Assembly: GCA_008632985.1 (NCBI GenBank)
Contig: QPGO01000054.1
Location: forward strand, 186,001 to 250,000
Origin: Psammoneis japonica
Lineage: Eukaryota
DNA length: 64,000 nucleotides
Reading direction: 5' to 3'
The position numbers and the translations under genes were made by a program. The number at the start of each line of letters is the position of its first letter. Positions within the stretch are counted from its first letter, which is position 1. Below the pieces are notes generated by a model, which saw only the letters and a program-made list of their open reading frames with translations, did no database searches and was not told the DNA's origin. Positions 50,390 to 62,805 of this stretch are shown here, in pieces.

Positions 50390-51830
50390 TCAGTTGATGA
50401 CTGGTGCCAAAGGAAGGCTCACATTCATGCTCGTCAGTGATGCAACAGAGAGACAGCAATTTCACCAAATGGAGTGAAGGACTTGATCAGCAAATTGAAA
50501 AAAAGGATGTTGTGAACTGATTGGCATGGGCACAAAAGCAACTCAGAGAGTTGACAAAGCTGTTGGTGGTGGTGTGCTGGTTGTTGCCAAAGTGCACAGA
50601 ATTTGTGCTGGAATCCATGTAGAAAATTTCTTGAATCTGCAGAAAACAGTGAAGAAGAACAACAAGCATGCAAACCACAAAGAGTTGGTGCCAATCATTT
50701 TCCACTTAAAACATTGCTTGACATGCCAAAACAAGGGCCGTGTGCTGTTTGTTGAAATGGCCAGAATGGTCTTGGTGGGCCCAGCAGAGCACCATCCAAG
50801 AAGGGTGACACAAGCACAAGAGTGTGCACAGAAACACATGCAGGGGCTGAGAGTGGGTGGCTGATGTGGAAAAGTGGAGTGACCCAGCATCAATGCAGCT
50901 GTGAGACTCATTGGCAACATGATGTGTTGTTGTCAGCAATTCTTGTGCAGCATGCAGGGTTGTCACCCTCCAATGTGCAGCTGCAACAACAGACAAACTG
51001 GTGCAGGGAGGGGTTGAGCTGAAATGTCAGCAATCAGCAGCTGCATCTGCTGCAATCAGCACCAGCACCTGCTGACATGAGGCAGGAATGTCTGACAATT
51101 GGCCAAGATTGATGCCACAAAGCTGTCACACTGGATCCATTGCACAAATGCTGGCTCATGATGTGGCAAATGGATGGTTGTTGATTGGTGCCAAAAGAAG
51201 GCTCAGTGGCATGATGGAGAGACAGCAATTTCACCAAACAGAGTGAAGGACTTGACCAGCAGATCAAAAAAAAGGATGTTGTAAAGTGATTGGCATGGAC
51301 ACAAAAGCAGCTCAGAGAGTTGACAAAGAGCTGTTGGTGGTGGTTGTTGCTGAAGTGCACAGAATTTGTGCTGGAATCCATGTAGAAAATTTCTTGAATC
51401 TGCAGAAAATTGTGGGGAAAAATGTGCTGTGAACCACAAAGAGTCAATGCCAGTTATTTTCCACTTACAAACATTGCTTGACATGCTGAGACAAGGGTGT
51501 GTGCCATTGGTTGAAATGGTCAGAATGGTCTTGGTGGGCCCAGCAGAGCACCATCTGAGAAGGGCAACATCAGCACAAGAGCACGTGTGGAAACACATGC
51601 AGGAGCTGAGGATGGGTGGTGGCTGACATTAAAAAGTGGAGTGACCCAGCTTCAGTGCAGTTGTGAGACTCATTGGCAATGTGATGTGTTGTCAGCAACT
51701 CTTGTGCAGCATGCAGGGTCAACCTCCTGCAATGTGCAGCTGCAACAAGAGAGAAGCTGGCACAGGGTTTGAGCTGAAATGTCAGCAGCTGGCAGCTGAG
51801 TCTTTTGCAATCAGTGCTGGCACCTGCTGG
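50390..51830 (+). repeat. Tandem duplication with about 780-bp period
   Basis: About 50390-51070 matches about 51180-51830, for example GAGACAGCAATTTCACCAAA and CACAGAATTTGTGCTGGAATCCATGTAGAAAATTTCTTGAATCTGCAGAAAA. Confidence 0.9.
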
Positions 51831-52069
51831 GACAAGACAAAAAAGAAACAAAACCAAACTTCTGCATTCAAAGACCTCCTGTTGTGCTTCCACCCTGCAA
51901 CTCCAGCAACAAGCCAACCCACACCCCAGCACATTGCAACATGTGGCAGGAATGTGTGACAACTGGCCAAGGTTGATGCTGCAAGTCTGTGGCACCCATG
52001 GGAAATGACTGGCAGCAGCAAAAGCTGCATCAGTGAAACAGAGCCTCAACATCAAAGCACTTGGAAAGA

Positions 52070-52650
52070 AAGCAGTTGACAATTTGACAAGTCAATCATC
52101 CAAAATGACCTTCACAACATGCAGAACTTGTGCCGAAACTTGTCACATGGAATGAAGTTGCAGGCAACCAGAAGAAAAGCCAGATTTCACCAAGTTGGTC
52201 TTGCACTCAAACTTCTGGGAGCAGCAACAATGTGAGATTGTTCCCAACATGCAGCAGGGATCTCACACTGACAAGAGGGAAAAAAGGAGTTGTTGACACC
52301 TGAGAGGTGCAGGCAGAGAGCAGTCAACAGTTTGGCAAGTCAACTGCCCAAAATGACGTTCAAGGCATGCAGAGCTTGCACTGAAATTTGTGTTGAAATG
52401 CACACAAATAGAAGAAAGGCCAAATCACACCAAGTTGGTGGGGTGTCTCAAATTCAAACTTCTGGGAGCAGCAACAATGGAAGATTCTTTGCCACACAAA
52501 GCAGAGAACTTGAACTGACATTTGGCAGAAGGGGGGTCATTGATGCTGGAGAGTTGTGAGTGGAGTGCAGTCAACAGTTGGGCAAGTTGACCATCTAAGA
52601 TTGCTCTCAGAGAATGCACGCAGAATTTGTGCTGAATCTTGTGCAGAAAC
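52070..52650 (+). repeat. Diverged tandem repeat, about 247-bp unit, about 2.3 copies
   Basis: Units start at about 52072, 52320 and 52567 (GCAGTYRACA..CAAGT). The first two share CACCAAGTTGGT and CAAACTTCTGGGAGCAGCAACAATG. Confidence 0.75.
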
Positions 52651-53953
52651 TTTTGCAGATTTTGGAGAAAATCACAAAGAAAAATGACAAGCAACCAAGC
52701 CAAAAGAGCTTGAGGCTAATTGCTTTCTAACACTTTCCAACAATGCTCTGGATTGCCCATGATGATGAAACAAAGGCACATCCACAGAAGAAGCAGTTGG
52801 AAAGAGCAGGTGAGAGCCATCATTGCACCATCAGAGAAAGGCAACATCAGTGCGCCAGAAATCATGAAAAAAAAACATGGGATGTGTGGCAGAGAGATGA
52901 TGGCAGAATTGTGACAAGACAAAAAATGGATGGACAAGAGCAGCAGCACCTGGCTGGAGATCATCTGGAACACTGGCCAAGGTGAGCCTTTGCTCTGGAT
53001 TGTTGTGGTTTCATTTTGAGATGCAGCACCACACTGTTGGGCTGCACATGCACCCACCTCTGGTTAAAAAAAAAAGATTGCCCCACAGTTGTGTTCATGT
53101 GTGAGCAACAACATGCGAGTTTTGTAAAAAGGGATCCCCCCCCTCCTGGTGTGTGCACCCCTGCTGGGTCTGCTGTGTGCCCAATTCACACAACACCACA
53201 CACACACCAATGTGTCTGCACAGCAGGGGGTCTCACATGTCTCACACATCTGGGGGAGACAACTGTTCTGTCACAGAGTTGCCGCCCTGCTGTTTGATGC
53301 AAAGGCAAGCTGCAGTCATGACACTCACAAATGCAACACAAAATCAGCGAGATGGTGGTGGCAGCAGTGCAAAAAAAAATCAGAGGGTGGGGCAGCTTGG
53401 TGGTGTGTGCAGAGCAGGTCTCCCAACAAAACAGCATGCAGCCAGTGTTTGCAGGAGACTTGTTTGTGCAGCAGTTGTGAGAGCCCTGCAAAAGTCATCA
53501 AGAACACTGCTTGTCAGTGTGTCCAAATGTGGCATGACATGGTCAACAGTGCACTGAGAAACCCAACATGACCATCCAATGAACCACTGTCCAATTGTTG
53601 TGTGACAAGCCTCTCATTCTGATTGACAATGCAGTTGTTGATTCACAAACAATCAAGTCCCACAGTGGGAGATGCTGTTTTTTGTTGTTCGTTGAGCACT
53701 GCATTGGATGCAACTTCAAACCACAACATCATGTGGTGTGAAATCATGCACCAGCTTCCTGTGTGGTTGTGATGTGTGTTTCTGTTTGGCAGTGAAGCCA
53801 ACACACAAGAACCAAGTGTGGATCCAAGCTTGCACCTCAAGCAACCAGGAGGAGGTGGCCCAAACCAAACAAAGCAACCCGGAGGCAAGGATTCTCAATT
53901 TGCCAAAATCAAGTGATTTTGCCAAATCCAGCTGGCCATCCACCCTGGAGGAC

Positions 53954-55762
53954 TCTGGGCGGTGGTGGACACAGTTGGAGCATGCTGGACGGCAGGTGCA
54001 TTTGGACAGAGTGCTGGATGGCAGGCACAGTTGGAGAACCCCAAATGGTGGGCACAGTTGGAGGATGCTGGACTTTGGGTGCCCAGTTGGAGAGAGTGCT
54101 GGGCTGCTGTTGGAGAATGCTGGATGGTGAGTGCAGCTTGAGAATGCTGGATGATGATGGGCAAAGTTGGAGGATTCTGTCTGCAGGGTGCTTGATGCTG
54201 GATGGTGGGTGCAGTTGGAGAGGATGATGGACAGCAGGTGCATTTGAAGGATGCTGGATGGCAGATGCAGCTGGAGGGTGCTGGGCACACTGAATGGTGG
54301 ATGCAGCTGGAGGGCTCTGGGTGGCAGGCCCAGTTTGAGGACAAATGATTGCCATTTCATCCATTGAGTTTTCAACATTGTTTTTTTTTTTGCTGAATGA
54401 CCACTTGCATTTGCCAGTGGAAGCACATGCTCCCAACTTTCTTGATTCTCTGCGCTTGAGCNNNNNNNNNNNNNNNNNNNNNNNNNNTGCATCAATGCTG
54501 TTCTCTGATTTGTTCAAGGTCTGCCATGAAAAGCTCAAGCACAAATGTGATTGCAGGTTGCTTCTGCACACAAGTCAAGAGCTTGTGTGGTTGTTGATTG
54601 CCCAATCATGATGGGGAGGCCATGGATTTGTCTCAGGAGAAGGTGGGCCTGTGATCTCACCGCAAATGGGCAAGCATGGATGGTCATCCAAATTCGGGAG
54701 AAAGCACCGACTAGAGTCATGCATCTGGTCTCAACCATGCACCATCTTGAACTTGTGCTTTAACGAATTCTGCCATGACAGGCGCAGTTGGGCAAAACTG
54801 AGCAAATGAAGTTGGAGCTGAGGCAAGTCAAAGCCGCTGGCACTCTTCTCTGGTCTGGGCGGTGGTGGACACAGTTGGAGCATGCTGGACGGCAGGTGCA
54901 TTTGGACAGAGTGCTGGATGGCAGGCACAGTTGGAGAACCCCAAATGGTGGGCACAGTTGGAGGATGCTGGACTTTGGGTGCCCAGTTGGAGAGAGTGCT
55001 GGGCTGCTGTTGGAGAATGCTGGATGGTGAGTGCAGCTTGAGAATGCTGGATGATGATGGGCAAAGTTGGAGGATTCTGTCTGCAGGGTGCTTGATGCTG
55101 GATGGTGGGTGCAGTTGGAGAGGATGATGGACAGCAGGTGCATTTGAAGGATGCTGGATGGCAGATGCAGCTGGAGGGTGCTGGGCACACTGAATGGTGG
55201 ATGCAGCTGGAGGGCTCTGGGTGGCAGGCCCAGTTTGAGGACAAATGATTGCCATTTCATCCATTGAGTTTTCAACATTGTTTTTTTTTTTGCTGAATGA
55301 CCACTTGCATTTGCCAGTGGAAGCACATGCTCCCAACTTTCTTGATTCTCTGCGCTTGAGCNNNNNNNNNNNNNNNNNNNNNNNNNNNNNNNNNNNNNNN
55401 NNNNNNNNNNNNNNNNNNNNNNNNNNNNNNNNNNNNNNNNNNNNNNNNNNNNNNNNNNNNNNNNNNNNNNNNNNNNNNNNNNNNNNNNNNNNNNNNNNNN
55501 NNNNNNNNNNNNNNNNNNNNNNNNNNNNNNNNNGAGAAGGTGGGCCTGTGATCTCACCGCAAATGGGCAAGCATGGATGGTCATCCAAATTCGGGAGAAA
55601 GCACCGACTAGAATCATGCATCTGGTCTCAACCATGCACCATCTTGAACTTGTGCTTTGACGAATTCTGCCATGACAGGCGCAGTTGGGCACAATTGAGC
55701 AAATGAAGTTATGAAGTTGGAGCTGAGGCAAGTCAAAGTCAAAGCCGCAGGCACTCTTCTCT
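53954..55762 (+). repeat. About 900-bp tandem duplication containing a degenerate ~24-27-bp minisatellite, broken by gaps at 54462-54487 and 55362-55533
   Basis: 53954-54461 appears identical to 54854-55361, and 54637-54852 closely matches 55534-55762. Internal unit resembles GCAGTTGGAGGATGCTGGATGGTGG. Confidence 0.9.
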
Positions 55763-55929
55763 GCCCCCCCCCCCCCCCCCCCCCCGCGACCCGCCACATT
55801 CGAATACGATGGAAATACTGGCGCTTTGCTTTGGCTATAACATTACCTAGATGCTTAAGGGCTGAGTTTAGATTACGAAGTGCGCAAAAGCAGAATATAC
55901 ATCGGCTTAGGGATAACAGCAATGGGATC

Positions 55930-57507
55930 TCAACGAGAGCACGACCCTCCCGCTGTGTTTCTTCTCACTCGAGTTGGCGGAGATGTAGTGGCCTCGTGAT
56001 AAGAAGATGTGGTGCGCATGCCCGGGAATACGCCAGAAGCCGTGGGCCGCACCAAAGCTCTTCCGCCCGTAATTCTCGACCCGTCAAATGTCTTGTACAT
56101 GTTGACGACATTATCAGAAATTCCGTCTTCAGCGGTTGCCACAGCCACCACATCGCCGCAACGAGAAAAGACCGTGACAGCCTTCTGAGTAAGCCTAAAG
56201 CTCCGTGAACTCGTCCTTCGCCGATCCAGATTTACAATGTTGACATAAAAGACGCCATTGCTCTGAGAGTTCGCGAGAAAGGTCCGTCCATCCGCTGAGA
56301 AACCCCATCCAGCACTGCCCCGGATATTTGAGAGATAAAACACTCGACGGTTCTCTTCGAGATCCCACACAACCACTGTTGTGGGGGAGACAAGCGAAGC
56401 TTGGGTAACCATGACAAAATATCGTCTATCCGGCCCGAACCCATACTTTCGTGTTCCTCGGGATAGAGTATGTCGGTAAATGCTTCGGCCATCGGACTGG
56501 CGAATAACGGCGAGGCGCGATCCTGTCACCTCAACACGGTATTGGTCGCCACCGCTGGTAACTGGAGCAGTCGGCGGCCTCATAGGCCCAGTTTTGGAGC
56601 ACTCACAATCCACGCCAGGTTTTGGAGCGTTCACGTCGTATTCCTCTCCCTCTGTTTCTTCTGGTGGAGAACCAGTACCGCCACTTCCTGGAAGACCAGC
56701 AATAGGAGCACCGCCTAATTGTGAAGACAAAGCGTTGTTACGGGATTCTGTGTGCGCTCTTGTTGTGCTCTCGAATTCATCCGAATCCAGAGACATGCAC
56801 CAATTATAGTGCTCAAGATGGCTAACACTCCAATCGTGTCCACAATTTCTTCGCCGATTCGCGTACCCTTGTCGAACAGCAGTTTCAGCATAGGCATCGC
56901 AAACGCATCTCTGCAATGCTTGTTGTCGATATTTTTCGCCGTCTTGAGTTAGAAGAACATGGCTTCCAAAGAGGCACCACGAGGAATGGTATGCAAATCT
57001 TGAGTCCCACTCTGGGCCTTGATATCCACATTCGTACTGGAGGTTCTTGTTATTTTGTGTCACGGCTTTGCGACTATAACCCTGGCATGCTTGTTCTTGA
57101 AAGGCACACAGTAAGAAATCGCTGTTTCGGCGGAGCTCTCCCTGTTGCATGGCGGCAAGATTCTTGACTTGCATGCACCAGTCATAGTGTGTTGCCTTTT
57201 GCAAGCTCCACACGGGGCCTCCCAAATTTGATCCACACGGCAGGGCTTTCATTCGTCTCGATACATCCACTGCCGAATTGGCGTAGTTTTCACAAGGCCT
57301 CACCCAGAGCTGGTCTTGGTTTGCATATGGGTTTTTATTGCAGTTGTCAGTCACGCACGGCAGCTGCAACAGGCGTCGGGATTGCTCCTTCGGTTTCGTA
57401 TCAGCCGAATGCAACCTCTTCCTACTGATGCGAAGCTGGAAAACAAGGCACACCGCACATAGCACGGCGACAACACGAAACATATCTTTTGAGAAGGATC
57501 GATTCAT
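55930..57507 (-). CDS. Secreted protein with three CxxYxxxAV..CG..W......HxxWC repeats and a C-terminal beta-propeller-like region
   Basis: Intronless ORF with probable ATG at 57507 and a hydrophobic leader. Three Cys/His/Trp repeats, then GFGPDRRY / GFSADGRT / FSRCGDV blade-like motifs. Confidence 0.78.
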   Translation of the reverse strand: MNRSFSKDMFRVVAVLCAVCLVFQLRISRKRLHSADTKPKEQSRRLLQLPCVTDNCNKNPYANQDQLWVRPCENYANSAVDVSRRMKALPCGSNLGGPVWSLQKATHYDWCMQVKNLAAMQQGELRRNSDFLLCAFQEQACQGYSRKAVTQNNKNLQYECGYQGPEWDSRFAYHSSWCLFGSHVLLTQDGEKYRQQALQRCVCDAYAETAVRQGYANRRRNCGHDWSVSHLEHYNWCMSLDSDEFESTTRAHTESRNNALSSQLGGAPIAGLPGSGGTGSPPEETEGEEYDVNAPKPGVDCECSKTGPMRPPTAPVTSGGDQYRVEVTGSRLAVIRQSDGRSIYRHTLSRGTRKYGFGPDRRYFVMVTQASLVSPTTVVVWDLEENRRVFYLSNIRGSAGWGFSADGRTFLANSQSNGVFYVNIVNLDRRRTSSRSFRLTQKAVTVFSRCGDVVAVATAEDGISDNVVNMYKTFDGSRITGGRALVRPTASGVFPGMRTTSSYHEATTSPPTRVRRNTAGGSCSR

Positions 57508-58082
57508 GATTGCAGTTCTCGGACGAAGGCAAAAACGCTGAAGCGACAAGTATATACACGGAAAAGATTGTGCCTTCTGGTAGAGTGAATGTAGACTCTC
57601 GGTGATTATCCGCCTTAGCATTCAGTCGTGAGTCATGCTGCTTGTAAAAAAGGACCATTACTTTGCAGCAATGCCACGAGTGAAAGAAACGGCGGGAACT
57701 ACTCTCTCTAGCTAGAGAGCTAGTAGAGATTAGAGAGAGAGTAGAGTGTACCGTACCGCACGGACGGCAGCACTTGATAGTCGGTGCCACGACTCAAAGA
57801 AAACGCGGTTGCGGGTCCGCGTTAGAATTTCTGTTTCGAACTGCGTGAATTCACAAAAGTCTCGGTTGGCGTCGCAACCATCGCATTTGGTCAAGAAGAA
57901 GCTCTACCCATAGGCCTGTGCTCTGCCGGTAGCTAGAGAGGGTATGCCATAAAGGCTCTCTCTACTAGAGCAGCAGACAGAGGAGGACAATGGCAGGCAA
58001 GGATGTGTCCCAAGGCTTTCTAAACAGTGGCAACGGGGTGGCGCTGCATGCAAATCTGTCTTAAAAGAAGTCGTCGCCTTTC

Positions 58083-60309
58083 CTAGCCTCTTGGTGGTGG
58101 CATGCCTTCAACAGTATTCCACGGTAGCAGGCTTCTCCACAGAACTTCGAGCATTGGTAGATCGGGATCAATGACGTTTGTAGGTGGACCGCCAATTTGC
58201 AAGAGATTACCTCCAAATCGTGCCCCGGCTTGCTGTTCAAGTAGCTGTTCCCTCCGATTGTTCCAATCCTGCCGGAGAAATCTAAAGAATCAGTGTTGAA
58301 AACAAATGGATAAGACGCTCTTGCGTAGAAAGGGGGAGCGCAGAAACGCCGGGACCGACAGACGTACCTGTCGTTGGGAAGAACTTACCTGCGTCGATTC
58401 GGATCAATAGCTAGAGCTGGCCCAACCAAGTTTGGATCTAGCGGATTTGCATCTGGCGGAAGCGTCCTAAAACGGTCCTTGTAGTCGTCCGGGTCCACTT
58501 TTTTGTATCTGCAAAACGCGGTCTTGATCGAACCTGTTACTGGTGCTCCTAGATTGCAGCAGTTCTCATAGAGCCACAACAGAACCTTGTTGCTCGACCA
58601 AAGCTTGTGGTTTCGATCTACAAAGATTTGAATCATCAAGTCGCACGTGGTGCTGGCACTACGGCAGAGGGTGGGGTCCAATTCTTCCTCTTGCGCTGTT
58701 GACATTCTGTTACGCAAGTCAACCAACACGGAGGGCCAGTCGGTCTGAAAGGATCGACCTGTCTTGTCTACTTCATTCTTGTCCAAGAGCATTTCCACAA
58801 CTTTGGGGAACTTCTGTATCGCTGAGACAAGGGCTTCGCTGGCACGGTCCAATGACACTACGTCTGGATCAGAAAGGTGCAAGCGGTGAAGCGCAAGCGC
58901 ATACGAGTAGGACCAATTCGGCAGGTCTAGCAATTCGCATTGATATTGCTTTTCTGATGCTGGTTCACGGTAGTGAATTTGAATCTTTGACATTTATGAA
59001 TATAGAGACAAACAGTAACTTTCGTTAGCAAATTCAGCCACGTGACATCACCCCGCACCCCACCCCTTCGCTACAATAACTTACCCGTTGACTCTCCACA
59101 AGGTCCACAACAAATTGATCGTGAGAGCTGGTCAAAGTGGCAAGTCCATAGTAGTCGAGAAGCAGCAGGACACCCATTGGGTCGCAAAGTGGATTGAGGG
59201 ACAAGAGATATCGGGAAACTGCAAGACATGTTCGAATGCAACTTTGTGTGAAGACGTGAGAAATAAACAACATTAGTTCGTGCAATATATGAAACTTACC
59301 CGGCGACACCACTAACTTGAATCAGTCGAAACAATGCATGAAAGTATGACGCATTCTCCTTCAAATCGTAGTCCATAAAAAAGCTTTTCTTTGAGTCAAG
59401 TGGTGTAAAACCAGCCAAGGTTGAACATTCATACACCCACAGACATCGTTTCAGTACGGAGAGGCCCTCCTGACTCTGGCTCGTTTGGTACAAAACCATG
59501 CAGAGTTGAAGGAGTGCTTCCACCACAAAAGGGTGATGTGCTACATAAAGAGCTAAAGCATTGACATCGCCGGTTTGTTGGATGCGCTCATAATCTGAAA
59601 AGTCTCGTTGATATGTATCTGAGCGAATAAAGGTAAACCATCGCGACAAGTCGACTTCGTCTTGACCGACGGTTCCTTCCATTGTATACGGCCACGGCAA
59701 GGTACGTGGTTCATCCTGATAACTCGTCATGCCCAAGCCTCCACCGATATAATGAGGGGGGCGCTGTTGTGCCCACTCGTCTCGGGGGGGTCCAAACAAT
59801 AGTCTCGTTGCACGTCGTTGTGAACGGGATGGTGCACTGTCTTCTGTATCGTTTCCAAGCAGAGAGGTGCGCATGACATAGTCAATATCTAGATCTCTTG
59901 CATCCATACCATTTACAATCACTGCAAACCAAGACGGAATCGAAGGGTCATCCATGGGCGTAGCTGATGTATTTTTCTTGTCGTGTGTCGCAAACTCAGC
60001 AAGAAGGGCATCTAAGTCTTCTTGTTCCTGTGGTTCCTGTTCTTCTTTCGCTAAGGAATCAGATATTTTCTTCGGTTCTACTTCTGACTCCTGTATCAAT
60101 TTTTCTGAAGAATCTTCTCCCTCCTCTTCACCGCCATCACCATCACTGACGTCCTCCTCTGACGAAGACTCTTCGTCTACCATGGCGAGAAAAGCAGCAC
60201 GTTTTTGCCCCGTCACATTTTCTTCTTCCTCTTCTTCACTCTCGGACTCGAGTTGTCGCTCAGCAGCTTCTCGCTCCTCCCTCAAACGTCGAATAGCTCT
60301 TGAACTCAT
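58083..60309 (-). CDS. TCF25: Ribosome quality control factor TCF25/Rqc1, about 4 exons
   Basis: Motifs MSSRAIRRL, HHPFVVEALLQL, G-CIRTCLAVSRYLLSLNPLCDPMGVLLLLDYY, LPNWSYSYALA and LWRSLLPWN. First intron 59299-59242. Confidence 0.92.
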
Positions 60310-60874
60310 CTTTACGATACTATCGTTTCTTGTTTCAATCAACAACAGCAATGTTCAATGTGAACGCGGTCCATCGCAGGTCCATCGTCCATCGTCCATT
60401 CATCCGGCCGGTGGACGGTGCGCGGCAGCGCGGATGCGCGACTCTGAAGAAATCGTAATGTTATATTGACTGTATCTATTGCCTTTATATTGCCCGTTAG
60501 TACATAACGCTTTACAATATTTAACGTCGTGTACTAAGACATAAAAAGCAACATTATAAGAAGGTCTTATAATCCATAAGTACGTTTAATCTTGTTTGCA
60601 TCATTGTTAAATAAATTCTCCTTAAACGGGTTTGTCTTGAAGAATATATTTCTTTTAAATAATTACATAATATCAATGTCACTCCATAAGAATGACAATT
60701 AGTCCGAATAGATTTTATGTTAAACGACAGTTTCTATCCAAGATCGATGGACTTTAAGTACAAAGAAGGGGGGGATCACAAATCCTCGCTTCTCTCGCTT
60801 GCATTCATTTGAAAAGTTCATCACAGCGACTTCGCTCTTTGCTCTCATTCTGATTTTTGAAAAGAGGAGAAGCA

Positions 60875-62805
60875 ATGGTAATATTCAGCAATTGGGTGCA
60901 AGTGATTGCATCTGTTACTGCCTTTGCCTGGGTGCCAAGTGCCGCAGGAGTGAGTTTGTCTCGTGGTGTTTTCTTTGGTACCAGTTACCAGAGGATGCGA
61001 AAGATACACATTAATAGTACGCTGCTTTCACTAACTCTGCAATTTTTTCTCTACAACTCCCAAAAAAGGACAATTCGTATTCTGGTACCCTTACATGTGC
61101 CGGAGGATCTGCCGGCACCTATATCAAGGGAGAAGTGGGACACGGTGAAGCTGCATACTGGAGGGCGAGCCTTGTTGAAGGCGCTTACGCAAAGATTCGC
61201 TTTTCCAGCACATCCTGTGGCTTGCGTCCTCTCTTGTCTCTGCATTATGGAGCCGGCCAAGATCTGGAAGGACAGGAAGTCACCGAAGCGGTCCTGACAA
61301 CTGGATATCCGAGTCGTTGTGATGGTACAATCACAGACCCAAGGCTGAATCTCGAGCAAGTTCCTTCGACGGGAGACTATAACATTACGGTGATTGGTGA
61401 TGGCGATCCTCTCCCAGGAGGTGAACCTTATCAATACAAGATCAAAATCATATCATCCGACAAAGACAGTGACGGCGAGGGCGATGCGTGCGATTTATGC
61501 CCAAACACGGATATGGATACAAATGTTATGGTTTTGGAACTAGATACGACTGTTCCGAATCTGATGGTAGGCGAAGGGTGCTCATTGAATGATTTAATGC
61601 CATCTTTCCTTACAACTTGTGCGAGTGATGCCCTTGAGCAAGGTACTGAAGCAAACAGGAGCCGATTATTCCGGATTTGCATGGCAAACATCTTTAAGCA
61701 ATACGAAGCTGATGGGCTCATATCTGCCGACGAGCGTCTACTGCTGATGAGGAACGGAGTGCGAATGATTGACGAGGTAATATTTGATACCGTTACAGGT
61801 GGTGAGGGAGGACCAGGTGGCGAGGGAGGACCAGGTGGTGACGCATTTTCATGCACGTGGGGTCCTAGCTCACAAGAAGAGTGCAAAGCATTGCTTTCGT
61901 CTCGACTCCCATATTCGCATGACGAAACCGAGACGCAGAACTCCAACAGGATTGGACATCGCTGGGTCTTCCTCGGCGACTCCACTACTGCTCGCATGAT
62001 GCGAAATTCAGCATTGACAAACTATCTTTCACGTGACGCCACGCAGCGACTGCAACTCTCTTGTCCCGACAAGTACATTTGTGACCGCCGCAGTGTAGGT
62101 TCCAACTGCATGTTCAACGACGAGTTTGGATTTGAGTACAGACCTGATTTCGATTGGTTTCCACCCGACTACGACAACAATGCAGAGGGGCCAGTCGGAT
62201 ATACACCCTATTGTCTTGACTGTTCCGGGTGCATATCCAACTTTGTGATTTGCCAAGATGGCCAACCAGGTCAACCCTGCGAAAATCTCACTGTTCCAGT
62301 GACATACGGTGGATACTTTGCAGTGGAATTTGCGAGAGACGTGGAAATGCAAAGCCCAGAATTTGACACCACTCAGGAGCACATCGCCGCCTTCATGAAA
62401 CGTACCTTCAATTCAGATGCCAGCATCGTCGAGACTTTGGGGTATCCTGTTTGCGTCGTTAACGTCGGGACTCACGACGGGTTGATTCCAAATATCACGA
62501 CGCCCGAATTCATCTCCAATGTGGAGTGGTACCTTGGTCTGCTCTCCCCACAATGTGAACACATTATTTACCATGGTGTTGTTGCCCCAGATGGAGATCG
62601 GTATCCGGGTCACTCTGACCGCATGTTTCTTTGGAACAACGAAGTAAGGGACTTGCTGAAAAGTAATCCTGAGTTTAGCAGCAAGTCCACTTATATTGAT
62701 GTTTTTAACACATCGAAAAACGAAGAGCACGCGGACAAAATTCACATGGCCGCAGAATGGTACCAAGCCTTCGGAGGTTTCTTTCAGGAACTCATTGAAA
62801 ATTGA
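60875..62805 (+). CDS. Secreted modular protein with C-terminal SGNH/GDSL-like esterase domain, 2 exons
   Basis: Signal-peptide exon 60875-60949 splices (intron 60950-61068) in frame to the 556-aa ORF. Has a TSP3-like DSDGEGDACDLCPNT motif and SGNH blocks WVFLGDST, NVGTHD and DKIH. Confidence 0.82.

Larger units (their letters stand above)
46450..55790. other. CpG- and TpA-depleted hypermutated repeat block 3
   Basis: Same signature. Graded left edge at about 46260-46500. Right edge at the poly-C run near 55764-55785. Confidence 0.95.

Noticed and set aside
50700..50830. VLCWAHQDHSGHF as a Gypsy integrase zinc-binding motif
   Set aside because: No supporting CxxC or DDE remnants recognised nearby, so too weak to call.
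53960..54320. Short repeats as a CRISPR array
   Set aside because: Degenerate tandem minisatellite without unique spacers or cas genes, in a eukaryotic context.
53954..55361. Apparently identical 508-bp copies as a very recent biological duplication
   Set aside because: Both copies end at the same base next to N gaps, so a scaffolding artefact or haplotype overlap is at least as likely.
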